Shown here: piece after piece, positions 1-9,659 of the stretch | How positions within the stretch are numbered: position 1 is the stretch's first letter | Layout: the number at the start of each line of letters is the position of its first letter | Assembly: GCA_030038075.1 (NCBI GenBank) | Contig: JASHPO010000091.1 | Coordinates: 571 to 64,570, forward strand | Reading direction: 5' to 3' | Source of the DNA: Nitrososphaerales archaeon | GTDB taxonomy: Archaea > Thermoproteota > Nitrososphaeria > Nitrososphaerales > CADDZS01 | Length of the DNA stretch: 64,000 bases | Translations under genes and position numbers: made by a program | Notes under the pieces: model-generated | Seen by the model: only the letters and a program-made list of their open reading frames with translations | What the model was told of the DNA's origin: nothing | Database searches by the model: none

Positions 1-906
1 GATTGCGGCCGACTTTTCGGTCTTTCCCGTCTCTCTTCTGACCTTGAGCAAGCCAGCAAGTGCGGTCGCGCCCGATGGCTCTGCCAGTGCGTGTTCCTTC
101 CTGAGAAGCTGCGCTGTTGCGGCAATAATTTCTTCATCGCTCACCAGCACGATATCATCGACGTATCTCTTCACAAACGAAAAGGTGATCTCGCCGGGCT
201 TGCGAACCGAGAGACCGTCAGCGATCGTCCGGCTCTCTTCCACACTCGAGAGCGCTCCTTTCTTCAGCGAATTGTACATCGATGGCGATCCTTCAGGCTG
301 GACGCCTATCACCCTTGCATGCTTGTGTCCTCCCAGCTTAATCGCACACGCAATCCCGGATATCAGACCGCCGCCGCCGATCGGGACAAACACGCTTTCA
401 AGCTCCGGTACGTCTTCCATGAGCTCGAGGCCGCATGTTCCCTGCCCGGCAATTATCTCAAGATCGTTGAACGGCTGGATGAACGCGAGACCCTCGGATT
501 CCTGGATCTCCTCAGCCTTTTTCATCCGCTCGTCCTGCTGCCTTCCGAAGAATACCGTCCGCGCGCCCAGCGATTTGATCATCTCCAGTTTCTCCGGTAC
601 CACGTTTTCCGGCAGAACTATTGTGGCTCTCATTTTCAATTTGTGGGTGACGTAAGCTACCGCGAGTCCGTGATTTCCGGACGACGCAGTTACAACACCT
701 TTTTTCATTTGATCTTCGGGTAATGAGAGAATCTTGTTCGCTGCCCCGCGAATCTTGAATGACCTCACCGGCTGATAGCATTCCATTTTTAGCCAGACCG
801 ATTTCTCGGAAAATGCGCCGTACGCGGGCGTCCTGTGCGCGTACCCGTGGATCCTCGCTTGCGCCTTCATCAGATCGTTAATCTCAAGAAATTGTTCGGA
901 GTTCAA
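1..906 (-). CDS. PLP-dependent threonine/serine dehydratase family protein (3' end runs off window)
   Basis: Not in the ORF track. Manual minus-strand translation from TTG at 906 gives LKMECYQPVRSFKIRGA, TASSGNHG, IAGQGT, VPIGGGGLISG, AEPSGA. Confidence 0.9.
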   Translation of the reverse strand, partial: MNSEQFLEINDLMKAQARIHGYAHRTPAYGAFSEKSVWLKMECYQPVRSFKIRGAANKILSLPEDQMKKGVVTASSGNHGLAVAYVTHKLKMRATIVLPENVVPEKLEMIKSLGARTVFFGRQQDERMKKAEEIQESEGLAFIQPFNDLEIIAGQGTCGLELMEDVPELESVFVPIGGGGLISGIACAIKLGGHKHARVIGVQPEGSPSMYNSLKKGALSSVEESRTIADGLSVRKPGEITFSFVKRYVDDIVLVSDEEIIAATAQLLRKEHALAEPSGATALAGLLKVRRETGKTEKSAAI

Positions 907-1001
907 GTAATTCGCCTTCTAGCAAGTCACCCTTAAACAGTTCTCGAACTCGCCATTTTCCAGGAGAGGATATGTAGGGGAGAAAAATCGAGAGAGCCAA
1001 C

Positions 1002-1901
1002 ATGCCTAGGCTAATGAAAAGAAGAATCAACTCCAAGCCTTCCCTCAGGAAATTGCTTCTGGAAAAAAACCCCATCTTGGCGCCAGGGGCGTACGACGCG
1101 ATGAGCGCGCTGTTGATTCAGAAGGCGGGATTTGACGTGGTCTACATGACGGGCTTCGGAACCTCGGCCTCGCAACTGGGGCAGCCGGATGTGGGCCTTC
1201 TTACAATGCCGGAGATGGTTTCAAACGCGAAACGGATCGTTCAGGCCGTTGACATTCCTGTAATAGCGGACGGAGATACCGGGTACGGTAATCCTCTCAA
1301 CGTAATGCGAACGGTCACAGAATACGAAAATGTCGGAGTTTCCGCAATCCAGGTCGAAGACCAGGTGTCTCCCAAAAAGTGCGGACACATGGAAGGAAAG
1401 CAGGTCATTCCCGCGGAGGAAATGGCAAAGAAGATCGGCGCGGCAGTCGACGCGAGAGAATCAAGGGAATTCATGATAATCGCGCGAACCGACGCGAGGG
1501 CGATTGAAGGCATCGATTCCGCGATAGAAAGAGTCGGAATTTACAAAGATGCGGGAGCGGACATTTTATTCGTCGAGGCACCCCAGAGCGTGGAAGAAAT
1601 CAAAAGGGTAGGCAAGGCGTTCCCCGAGACGCTGTTGCTGTTCAATTGGCTCGAAGGAGGAAAGACGCCACCGGTCAGCTACAACTTTCTGCGAATAAAC
1701 GGATTCAAGATTGTGCTGTTCCCGCTGTGCACAATCTTCGCGGCAAACAAGGCGATAAGAGAGGTTCTTACGGGGATAAAGAAAAATGGGACGCCCGAGA
1801 AAGTAATGTCCAGGTTTCCCACCTTCGACGAGTTTACAGAAATGATAGGACTGCCCGAAATCAAGAAATTGGAAAAACGTTACAAGGTTCAATCAGCTTG
1901 A
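1002..1901 (+). CDS. prpB: Isocitrate lyase/PEP mutase family, probable 2-methylisocitrate lyase
   Basis: PGAYDAMSA, IADGDTGYG, EDQVSPKKCGH and IARTDA motifs; prpC/prpD-like genes nearby. Substrate is inferred. Confidence 0.75.
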   Translation: MPRLMKRRINSKPSLRKLLLEKNPILAPGAYDAMSALLIQKAGFDVVYMTGFGTSASQLGQPDVGLLTMPEMVSNAKRIVQAVDIPVIADGDTGYGNPLNVMRTVTEYENVGVSAIQVEDQVSPKKCGHMEGKQVIPAEEMAKKIGAAVDARESREFMIIARTDARAIEGIDSAIERVGIYKDAGADILFVEAPQSVEEIKRVGKAFPETLLLFNWLEGGKTPPVSYNFLRINGFKIVLFPLCTIFAANKAIREVLTGIKKNGTPEKVMSRFPTFDEFTEMIGLPEIKKLEKRYKVQSA

Positions 1902-2007
1902 AAGTGGAAATGATAAAACACGGAAAAAATCTCATATGAGATTGTTTCAGATCATAAACCAGTACTCAAAAACTCTACTCCGAGTCACCCAAGTTAAGAG
2001 GAGGGAA

Positions 2008-2103
2008 TTAGAGGTAGCCCTCGTCCTCGTTCAAAAACGGCAAAAGTTTCTTCAGTCTCTCATGATTAGCGAGACCTTCGTCCCATCTGTCTTTGTCTTC
2101 CAA
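2008..2103 (-). CDS. Putative 31-aa microprotein
   Basis: TTG start, MEDKDRWDEGLANHERLKKLLPFLNEDEGYL, purine-rich AGGAGAGGTGA upstream; divergent from the PhoU-like gene. Confidence 0.35.
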   Translation of the reverse strand: MEDKDRWDEGLANHERLKKLLPFLNEDEGYL

Positions 2104-2195
2104 TTGATACACTCTCTTTTTCACCTCTCCTAGGTGGTAAAGCACGAAATCAGGCATAAAGGTTTGCTATTGACACTATGGAGAAATAATATTGA

Positions 2196-2223
2196 TATAT
2201 TGAGCATATACAGTCTCAATATA
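2196..2223. promoter_or_regulatory. Inverted repeat TATATTGAG-N10-CTCAATATA, candidate operator
   Basis: Palindrome plus extra ATATTGA copies in the AT-rich region upstream of the PhoU-like gene. Confidence 0.4.
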
Positions 2224-2283
2224 GACACGCTAAATATATGATATTATGAGAAATTTCCAGCGAAATATTGAGAAGAGATAGGT

Positions 2284-3351
2284 ATGAGTCAAGAAGAGGA
2301 AATAATTAAGCAGGAAGGTCAACAGAAGGCGCGTGCAGGAGAAACCCGCAGAGTGCAGCTGACCGGCGGTTCCACTCTGGTCGTATCGCTCCCGAGTGAT
2401 TGGGCGAGGGGCGTTGGCCTGAAGGCGAAAGACGAAGTGTACATGGTTCCCCAGACGGACATGTCACTTCTTGTAATTCCGGGAACAAGAGCGGAAAAGA
2501 TTCCGGAGAGAGTAATCGAGATTTCACAGAAGGAAGACGAGGACGAGATTCTCAGGCAATTCATTGCCTACTACGTTTCCGGCTTTGATGTCATCAGACT
2601 AAAGTTCAAGACTCCTCTTCCCGAGTTGAGATCCAAGCTGAAAGCGCACATCAGGCACAAGCTAATCGGCGTTGAAATTGTCGAAGAAACAACCGACAAC
2701 ATACTCGCGCAGTGCCTCCATGGCAATGTCGACCTTCCCCTGAAAAAGGCGCTGAGCAGAATGTCGATAATCACGAGCTCGATGCAGTTTGACGCCGTGA
2801 AATCTCTCACGACCAGCGACCCGGCGCTCGCAAACGAGATAATCGGCCGCGATGATGAGGTGGACAGATTCGCACACTTTATCTCTAGACAGCTGAACCT
2901 CGCGGTTCATAACAGAGTCATGATCCAGGAGATCGGACTCGCGACCGCGCAAGACTGCATGAACTACAGGATGATAGTGAAGAGTATCGAGAGGATCGCT
3001 GATCACGCGGCCCAGATTGCAGGATCTGAGACATTGCTTGAAAAGAGAAAGATTCCCGCGCCGCTGAACGAGCATATCGTGAAACTCAGCAAAATGTCCA
3101 GCGAGGTCTACGACAACGCGCTTAGGGCGGTACACAGCATGAGTGGAAAGATGGCGAACGAAGCGATATTCAAACTGAAGGGAGTCCTAAAGGAAGAAGA
3201 GTCCGCAACCGAGGAGCTCATAAGTTCGAGACTGGACAACAACGCGGTTGTTTCGCTGAGGCTTGCCTTGGAGAGCCTGCGACGAATTGCAGAGTACTCC
3301 ACGGACATCTGCGAAATCGTCGTGAACATGATAGTCGGCTCGCCTTTCTAG
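2284..3351 (+). CDS. phoU: Archaeal phosphate uptake regulator (AbrB-like N-terminus plus PhoU domains)
   Basis: RRVQLTGGSTLVVSLPSDW N-terminus; DDEVDR, IERIADHA and LRRIAEY PhoU repeats. Confidence 0.85.
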   Translation: MSQEEEIIKQEGQQKARAGETRRVQLTGGSTLVVSLPSDWARGVGLKAKDEVYMVPQTDMSLLVIPGTRAEKIPERVIEISQKEDEDEILRQFIAYYVSGFDVIRLKFKTPLPELRSKLKAHIRHKLIGVEIVEETTDNILAQCLHGNVDLPLKKALSRMSIITSSMQFDAVKSLTTSDPALANEIIGRDDEVDRFAHFISRQLNLAVHNRVMIQEIGLATAQDCMNYRMIVKSIERIADHAAQIAGSETLLEKRKIPAPLNEHIVKLSKMSSEVYDNALRAVHSMSGKMANEAIFKLKGVLKEEESATEELISSRLDNNAVVSLRLALESLRRIAEYSTDICEIVVNMIVGSPF

Positions 3352-3387
3352 AAAAAAATAAAAATCAAAGGCGGTGCCTTACCGACC

Positions 3388-4329
3388 TTGACAGCCGCCG
3401 AGTGCACAGTCAGGCCGCTCGCGGCGGAAGACCTCGACGCGGCTGGCAGGTTGGTCCGTCTCGCCTTCGGGACTTTCTTGCACCTTCCAGATCCGATGGC
3501 GACCTTCGGAGACAGAGACATGATAGGCAAGAGATGGAGCGACACTTCCAAGGCTCTTGGCGCGTACATGGGCCAGAGACTCGTTGGCTTGAATGTCATA
3601 ACGAAGTGGGGAAAATTCGGATGGTTCGGGCCTCTCGCAGTCCATCCTGAATTTTGGGGAAAAGGGATCGCGAAGATACTCATGACCTCGACCATGGACA
3701 TGTTTTCAGACTGGGAGACGACAGCCGAAGGACTGTTCACCTTCTCGGAAAGTCCCAAGCACACGGGGCTGTACGGGAAATTCGGCTTTTATCCACGGTT
3801 CCTGACGCTGGTGATGAGACACGAAGCTGTTGCAGGCAGCGAAGGGTACTCGACCTTGTCTAAATTGGAAGACTCGCAGCAAGAGGATATTCTGCGCCAG
3901 TGCCGAGAAATATCTGCCACGGTTTACCCTGGTTTGGACCTCAGTCAGGAAATTTCCAGCGTCGAAAAGAGAAAACTCGGTGACACGGTATTGCTCATGG
4001 ATGACTCGCGGGTCGAGGGCTTTGCCGTCTGCCACACGGGCGCTGGAACTGAAGCGGGCAGCAACAACTGTTATGTGAAGTTCGCGGCGGTACCTTCTGG
4101 TGATCAATCCCGCGAGAAATTTTCAAATCTCATCGAAGCATGCATGGGATTTGCCGTGTCATCCGGCGCCCAGACGGTAGAGGCGGGAGTGAATCTCGGA
4201 AAGACGCTAACGTTCGAGGAGCTCAAGCGACTGGGATTCACTACCCTGTTTCAGGGGGTAGCCATGCAACGTCCAAACGAGCCCGGATCGAACAGGCCCG
4301 AGGTATTTGCGATAGAAGATTGGAGATAA
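3388..4329 (+). CDS. GNAT family N-acetyltransferase
   Basis: GPLAVHPEFWGKGIA acetyl-CoA motif; LYGKFGF. Confidence 0.85.
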   Translation: MTAAECTVRPLAAEDLDAAGRLVRLAFGTFLHLPDPMATFGDRDMIGKRWSDTSKALGAYMGQRLVGLNVITKWGKFGWFGPLAVHPEFWGKGIAKILMTSTMDMFSDWETTAEGLFTFSESPKHTGLYGKFGFYPRFLTLVMRHEAVAGSEGYSTLSKLEDSQQEDILRQCREISATVYPGLDLSQEISSVEKRKLGDTVLLMDDSRVEGFAVCHTGAGTEAGSNNCYVKFAAVPSGDQSREKFSNLIEACMGFAVSSGAQTVEAGVNLGKTLTFEELKRLGFTTLFQGVAMQRPNEPGSNRPEVFAIEDWR

Positions 4330-4395
4330 CGGTTTCTAGACTTCAGATAGTCGTATATGCGGGATTCACTCAATCTTGACGAGGAAACCGGCGGT

Positions 4396-5100
4396 ATGAA
4401 ATTTCTTGCTGCGTTCGTTGCGATAGTTGCTCTGACTTTGATTACCTTTGTCCCCAGCGTGTCGGCCCAGACACCGGGCACGCAATACGTCACGTATACA
4501 ATAAATGCGACCACTCCTAACGGCACGGTGTCTGCTACGTTGAATGAAACTGTAACTCCCGGCTCCAACGGTTTGGCCACGGCGGCTTTTCAAATAATTT
4601 CTAGCGAGGCAAACTTGAGCTACTCTAGACTCGTCAACGCATCGCAGGAACTGTTCCCACTGGTTCCGTCAATTGGTACAAGATCGTTAAACCTTACAAT
4701 AACGAATACGACAATATCTGCATCCGTGACCCAGACAGGGACGCAGAGCATTACATTCTCTGGCGCTAGCTATTCGTTGACGACTTATTCGTTCAGCATA
4801 TCCGCTCAAAACGTGCAAGGATCTGGGTTTGCCACCGGTCAGTTCGCTTTATTCCCCTCTGGACTGGTATACTCGACTACAATCAACGCTAACGGGACAA
4901 TTTCGGTAAACACTCAGCTAGTTTCGACGAATCTTCCACTAAGCACTAGCTCGGACGGCTTAAAGGCCACTACCACGATTGTGATTGCTGGAGGCGCGGG
5001 CAGTTTGATTGCCGGAGTGGGCGCATTTGCCTTTTTCAAGAAAGAGAAGAACAGTTCGCCCGGTAGCGGCGACTCAAAGCCCCTACACTGGGTCGATTAG
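4396..5100 (+). CDS. Secreted S/T-rich protein with C-terminal membrane anchor
   Basis: ATG at 4396 gives a signal peptide (MKFLAAFVAIVAL...VSA); many N-x-S/T sequons; C-terminal TM then KKEK; lies directly upstream of the ABC genes. Confidence 0.7.
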   Translation: MKFLAAFVAIVALTLITFVPSVSAQTPGTQYVTYTINATTPNGTVSATLNETVTPGSNGLATAAFQIISSEANLSYSRLVNASQELFPLVPSIGTRSLNLTITNTTISASVTQTGTQSITFSGASYSLTTYSFSISAQNVQGSGFATGQFALFPSGLVYSTTINANGTISVNTQLVSTNLPLSTSSDGLKATTTIVIAGGAGSLIAGVGAFAFFKKEKNSSPGSGDSKPLHWVD

Positions 5101-5103
5101 CTC

Positions 5104-6048
5104 CTGAGCATAATCCAATTCTCTGACGCCATCAAGGATTATGGATCAGGAAAGAAAATAGGCCCGATATCTCTTTCAGTGGAAAAGGGAGAGGTTCTCG
5201 GGTTTCTCGGCCCAAACGGCTCGGGCAAGACAACATGCATCAGGCTGCTTTTGGGACTGATGCGCCCGACAACCGGCTCCGTCAGAATTAGAGGGCTTGA
5301 CCCTGTTTCACAGCACCGCAACGCACTCACTAAGGTCGGCTATTCGCCAGAGCTTCCGAACTTGCAGACCTTTCTGACGCCTAGGGAACTGCTTGCCCTA
5401 ACCACTGACGAGTTGCTGATCTCGAAAGCCGAAGCTCCCCACGAGATAGCCAGCTCGCTGGAAATTGTAGGCCTCACCGAGTACACTAACGTGAAGATCT
5501 CGAAGCTCAGCAAGGGAATGGTGCAGCGCCTCAGCATCGCGCAGGCGCTCATTGGATCTCCCGATCTCCTGGTGATGGACGAGCCGATGATAGGCCTCGA
5601 TCCTGCCGGGGCCGCTCACTTTCGAGATGTGTTCAAAAAAATAGCGCAGGAAAAGGGGGGCACGATATTTCTATCGTCGCACATAATGTCCGAAGTAGAA
5701 TCTCTTTGCACAACAGTTTGCATGATTCATAAAGGTCATCTACTTTTCAAAGGATCTATTGAAGAAACGATAGGTAACGTTCTTGGCTCAATCTTCCTGA
5801 TAGTCGAAGCAGACCCTGTAGAAAGATGCTTGGACAGCATAAAGGCGATACCTGGCGTAGAAGATGCGCTCAGGAAAAACGAAAGAACTCTGGAGCTCAA
5901 AATCAGTCGGGGAAAGGACGTCCGGCCTGAAGTCGCAGAAGCAGTCATACGCTCAGGGGCGAAGCTCTACACGCTGAATTACTCTGAGAATTTACTCGAG
6001 AGAACATATCTCGAAGCGCTCAGGAGAGGAACAAACGTTGAGACCTAA
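5104..6048 (+). CDS. ABC-2 exporter ATP-binding protein
   Basis: GPNGSGKT, LSKGMVQR, MDEP, SSH. The frame is open upstream of the track start (5179) to CTG at 5104; start uncertain. Confidence 0.9.
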   Translation: MSIIQFSDAIKDYGSGKKIGPISLSVEKGEVLGFLGPNGSGKTTCIRLLLGLMRPTTGSVRIRGLDPVSQHRNALTKVGYSPELPNLQTFLTPRELLALTTDELLISKAEAPHEIASSLEIVGLTEYTNVKISKLSKGMVQRLSIAQALIGSPDLLVMDEPMIGLDPAGAAHFRDVFKKIAQEKGGTIFLSSHIMSEVESLCTTVCMIHKGHLLFKGSIEETIGNVLGSIFLIVEADPVERCLDSIKAIPGVEDALRKNERTLELKISRGKDVRPEVAEAVIRSGAKLYTLNYSENLLERTYLEALRRGTNVET

Positions 6049-6898
6049 AGTGATCTCCACCTTCATCCGCTACGAGATAAAGAGATCAGTGGCGAGAAGG
6101 AAAATCATCGTGCTCGGGTTCTTTACGCTCCTCATCGGCACGGTACCGTATGTGGGACTCGCGAGTCTTCACCACGCCCTGTCGCTGATTCCAACGAAAG
6201 ATTATCCGTACCTCTGGGTTGCAGGAGTTTTTCTGCCCCAGGGTCTGTTCATCCAATTTACGGCGATACTCATAGCGGCCGGTGCAATGTCTGAAGAATA
6301 CGAGCAAGGAACGGCTGAGCTTCTCCTGTCAAAGCCAGTCACAAAGGTGGAATATTTTCTTGGAAAGTTCTTCGGTGGTTACTCGCTTCTCGCTTTCATA
6401 ATTTTGCTCAACATGATACTCGCCGTGATATCGGCGACTATAACCTTCGGACAGCAAAACGGTCTTGGGACTCTTCCTGGAGTTTACTTGGGGCAGGCTT
6501 TTGCCGCGCTTCTATTCTTCACGGTCGCTTTCATGGTGGGCGAACTGATCAGGAGGTCGTCCCTCTCTTACATATTTTCGACCGCGCTGTTTTTCACGAG
6601 CACGATTTTTGGAATATATCTGGGAATAATATACGAACTCACCGGCAATCTGTTCTACAAGCATTTGCAGCTCTACATCCCGTCGTCCCCAATTACTTCT
6701 CTGTCCTTGCTGTATGTCACCGGTTCCCTTCCTTCAGGCGTAGCCTCGCTCCTCACAACAATCGAAGGACTCACGGGTGGCGCCGTCGAAAGTTCGATAG
6801 CGTTTTCGATACTTTTGATCTTCATCTACTTTGCCGCGGCTTTCATCATTGCGTTTGTTTTCTTTGAAAGATCAGACGTCTCAAGAAAAGTTAGCTAG
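6038..6898 (+). CDS. ABC-2 exporter permease
   Basis: Multiple TM helices; EYEQGTAELLLSKPV...GKF motif; overlaps the ATPase gene. Confidence 0.85.
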   Translation: MRPKVISTFIRYEIKRSVARRKIIVLGFFTLLIGTVPYVGLASLHHALSLIPTKDYPYLWVAGVFLPQGLFIQFTAILIAAGAMSEEYEQGTAELLLSKPVTKVEYFLGKFFGGYSLLAFIILLNMILAVISATITFGQQNGLGTLPGVYLGQAFAALLFFTVAFMVGELIRRSSLSYIFSTALFFTSTIFGIYLGIIYELTGNLFYKHLQLYIPSSPITSLSLLYVTGSLPSGVASLLTTIEGLTGGAVESSIAFSILLIFIYFAAAFIIAFVFFERSDVSRKVS

Positions 6899-7635
6899 TC
6901 ACGGAGTGCTTATAGTAGTTCCGTCCAGTAGCTACTGCTTTGACATTTCGTGTTTCTCTGAAGCTAGATATTCTTTGTAGCAATCAGGACTGTCGTACAC
7001 GTGATCTAGATATTCGTCGAGAGGAAATTCCTTATTGCACGCTTTGCAGAAACGGAGCCCAGTTGACACTGGCTTTGTTGGTCGCTCCGCTGGCTTTTGC
7101 AAATTCAATCACCACTTTCCAATGAATGCTTCTTGCTCTTTAAAGTTTCGATAGAAATTTCACTATTTTGAGCATGGGATTTAGAACTCTCGAAGGAACG
7201 ATACAAATTTTGATTTTAAGCATACATAGATGCAGGTATTTAATTTTGAGTGAAAAATTTACATTATCATCTTTTCTAGGCGAGCTATTCTAGCTTTAAG
7301 ATCTTCCACTTTCAGTTTCGAAACTTCATGATAAAACATCGAAACAGTCCGTTCAACGTGTTGCTGTTGTTCAATCGGTCCATCTATTCTTTTGCTCATT
7401 TCTGCCAATATTTCCAAGATACTCTTCATTCACGCTAGCTCATTGATTGCCGAAGAAACTGTTTCGAACTCCAAAGTATGTCGCCCTCTAAGGAGAAGAC
7501 ACATCGATCTTTCGTGTTTCTCTAAATAGAAACTATATTTCTATTTAGGCGGTTTGCTCCAAATTCTTTGAGAAACACTTGCTATACACTCTTTCCTTTC
7601 TCGCTTAAATAATCGAACAATTTTATCTCAGTGAC

Positions 7636-8013
7636 ATGAACAGTATAGTTCATTTCGAGATACCGGTGAACAATAGGAAGCGCGCGGAGACCTTTTACAG
7701 CCAGGCTTTCGGCTGGATGATAAACAATATGCCAGAGATGGATTACAGCATGGCTGGCACCACGGCGTCAAACGAGCAGGGCGTACCGAAAGAACCTGGG
7801 GCTATCAACGGAGGATTGCCGACGAGGGGCAAACCGATAGAGCACACGGTTGTAACGATTCACGTCGATGATATCGACGCTGCCCTAAAAAAGGTCGAGC
7901 AACTAGGCGACAAGACTATGCAAAAGAAGATGCCAGTAGGAGACATGGGATTTACCGCTTACTTCAAAGATACCGAGGGAAACGTCGTGGGTCTATGGGC
8001 CCCTGCAATGTAG
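7636..8013 (+). CDS. VOC/glyoxalase family protein
   Basis: VHFEIP...FYSQAFGW...AYFKDTEGNVVGLW. Confidence 0.9.
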   Translation: MNSIVHFEIPVNNRKRAETFYSQAFGWMINNMPEMDYSMAGTTASNEQGVPKEPGAINGGLPTRGKPIEHTVVTIHVDDIDAALKKVEQLGDKTMQKKMPVGDMGFTAYFKDTEGNVVGLWAPAM

Positions 8014-8026
8014 AGGCTTTTCGGAA

Positions 8027-8431
8027 ATGCTGTCCAAAGCTGGATTTGCCACGCTCATTCCCGTCCGAAACATGGATAGGGCGCTAAAGTTCTATACGAA
8101 GACGCTCGGCGCCAAGCTTCAGATGCGCGCCGAGGGCGACATGAAGGACATGTTCGCCTCGCTAAAGTTAGGAAAGGAAGAATTCTGGCTTGTACATCCA
8201 CCAGACTCTCAGGAGAAAAAGCCGGATGTTGCGTATAGTGCCTTCGTGGTCAAGGACATCAAGGCTGAAGTGACCGAACTAAGGAAACGCGGCGCCAAAT
8301 TCGAGCGTGTCGAGAAGATGGAGTGGACAACTAAGACAGACGGCCCAATCGCGTACGACCCCATGGGAGCCACGGCTTTCCTCAAAGACACCGAAGGCAA
8401 CCTGCTCATGCTCTGGCACGGTGAGATGTAG
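8027..8431 (+). CDS. VOC/glyoxalase family protein
   Basis: ALKFYTKTLG...AFLKDTEGNLLML. Confidence 0.85.
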   Translation: MLSKAGFATLIPVRNMDRALKFYTKTLGAKLQMRAEGDMKDMFASLKLGKEEFWLVHPPDSQEKKPDVAYSAFVVKDIKAEVTELRKRGAKFERVEKMEWTTKTDGPIAYDPMGATAFLKDTEGNLLMLWHGEM

Positions 8432-8490
8432 CTCTCCGTGTCAGAAAATGCTGAGAGCGGGCGTAAAAGCTTCAAGCCTAGATACTATTG

Positions 8491-8862
8491 CTAGGGAATG
8501 AATTCGACTCCTTTCAGTCTTTCAAAAGAAGGATCACCGGTCAAAAATTTAATGCCAATTTTCCTAGAAAGAAAATAGCCAAGGGCATCCGCATAGGAAA
8601 TGTTCAGTCTCTTTCGCTTCAGCTCCAAGCGCAGAGTCATAGCGCGCGAAATGTCACCACTGTCAAACTCAATCAAGTACTTGTAAAAGCTGGTCAAGAG
8701 GTCGGTGGCCACTTTCAAGTTGTATTCCTCAAGAGATCTGTAGAAAATTTCCAAAAGGTTGAGCTTTGTTAAAACACCCTCATTTTCATCGAAGTAGCGC
8801 CTGTAAGTTTCATGGCCACTGGAATAAGCTAACACTGCGTAGCTATCGAAGAAGTATTTCAT
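8491..8862 (-). CDS. vapC: VapC PIN-domain toxin
   Basis: YFFDSYA, ISYADALGY, FLTGD; downstream of an AbrB antitoxin. Confidence 0.88.
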   Translation of the reverse strand: MKYFFDSYAVLAYSSGHETYRRYFDENEGVLTKLNLLEIFYRSLEEYNLKVATDLLTSFYKYLIEFDSGDISRAMTLRLELKRKRLNISYADALGYFLSRKIGIKFLTGDPSFERLKGVEFIP

Positions 8863-8872
8863 TGGAAGCCTG

Positions 8873-9082
8873 CTAATCCCATCCGTCCTTCATCTTTTCC
8901 TTTTGTTTTTGAAGATCACTGAAGGGATACCTTCCGAAAATATGCTTGATGTCGGATGTCTTCGTTACTGAAACTTGAACCTCCTCGCCTTCCTTTAATC
9001 CCTCTTTTTCCACCATCTCTTTTGGTATGAGGACACCGAACGAGTTTCCCCATCGCTTTAGTTTTGACTTGCGCGTAATCAT
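8873..9082 (-). CDS. vapB: AbrB/MazE-type antitoxin
   Basis: KRWGNSFGVLIPKEMVEKEGLKEGEEV. Confidence 0.88.
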   Translation of the reverse strand: MITRKSKLKRWGNSFGVLIPKEMVEKEGLKEGEEVQVSVTKTSDIKHIFGRYPFSDLQKQKEKMKDGWD

Positions 9083-9659
9083 AATTATACTTGTTTAAAC
9101 ACGGAATTAAAAGCACTTTCTCTCGTGCAGCTGAGCAAAAAATATCCCAAATATCGCTAACGTGTCGTTTAAACAAGATTCAAGGTAACAAGATTGCTTT
9201 TACACCCGCGTAATCGAGAAGATTCTATTTCTCACTAACGATTTTTGAGACAAGCTCCTGAAAGCCTTCGTCGAACATCTCACGAGTAGCGTTATGAACC
9301 TGAACAAAGCGCGGATCTTTCAAAAGAACTTTGAGCCAAGCGGCCCATCAAGCTCTGATACGAGGACTCTTTGATAGCTTTTTCTTGGCTTCGGAACTGG
9401 AATATGAAGACTAGCAAAGTGAGATGACTACCGTTTGAACTAGGGTAGCTATTATTATGAGAGTTGTAGTCTCGACCAATTCGTCTGAATCGGTTACGTG
9501 AGAAGTATATAGACCGTTTCGTATGACGCGAATATATCAAAAAAGGGTGCTCATATCCTGAGAGTCAACTGTACAGGCTTCCTCTGTTGGCTTTGAAAGA
9601 GAGGTTCGCGTACCTTTCAGCAGAAATTTAATACCCCACTTCAGCTCAAACTACAACCC

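Noticed and set aside
44..781. Track ORFs 44-655, 91-723 and 512-781
   Set aside because: Shadows of the minus-strand dehydratase, which the track missed because it runs off the window.
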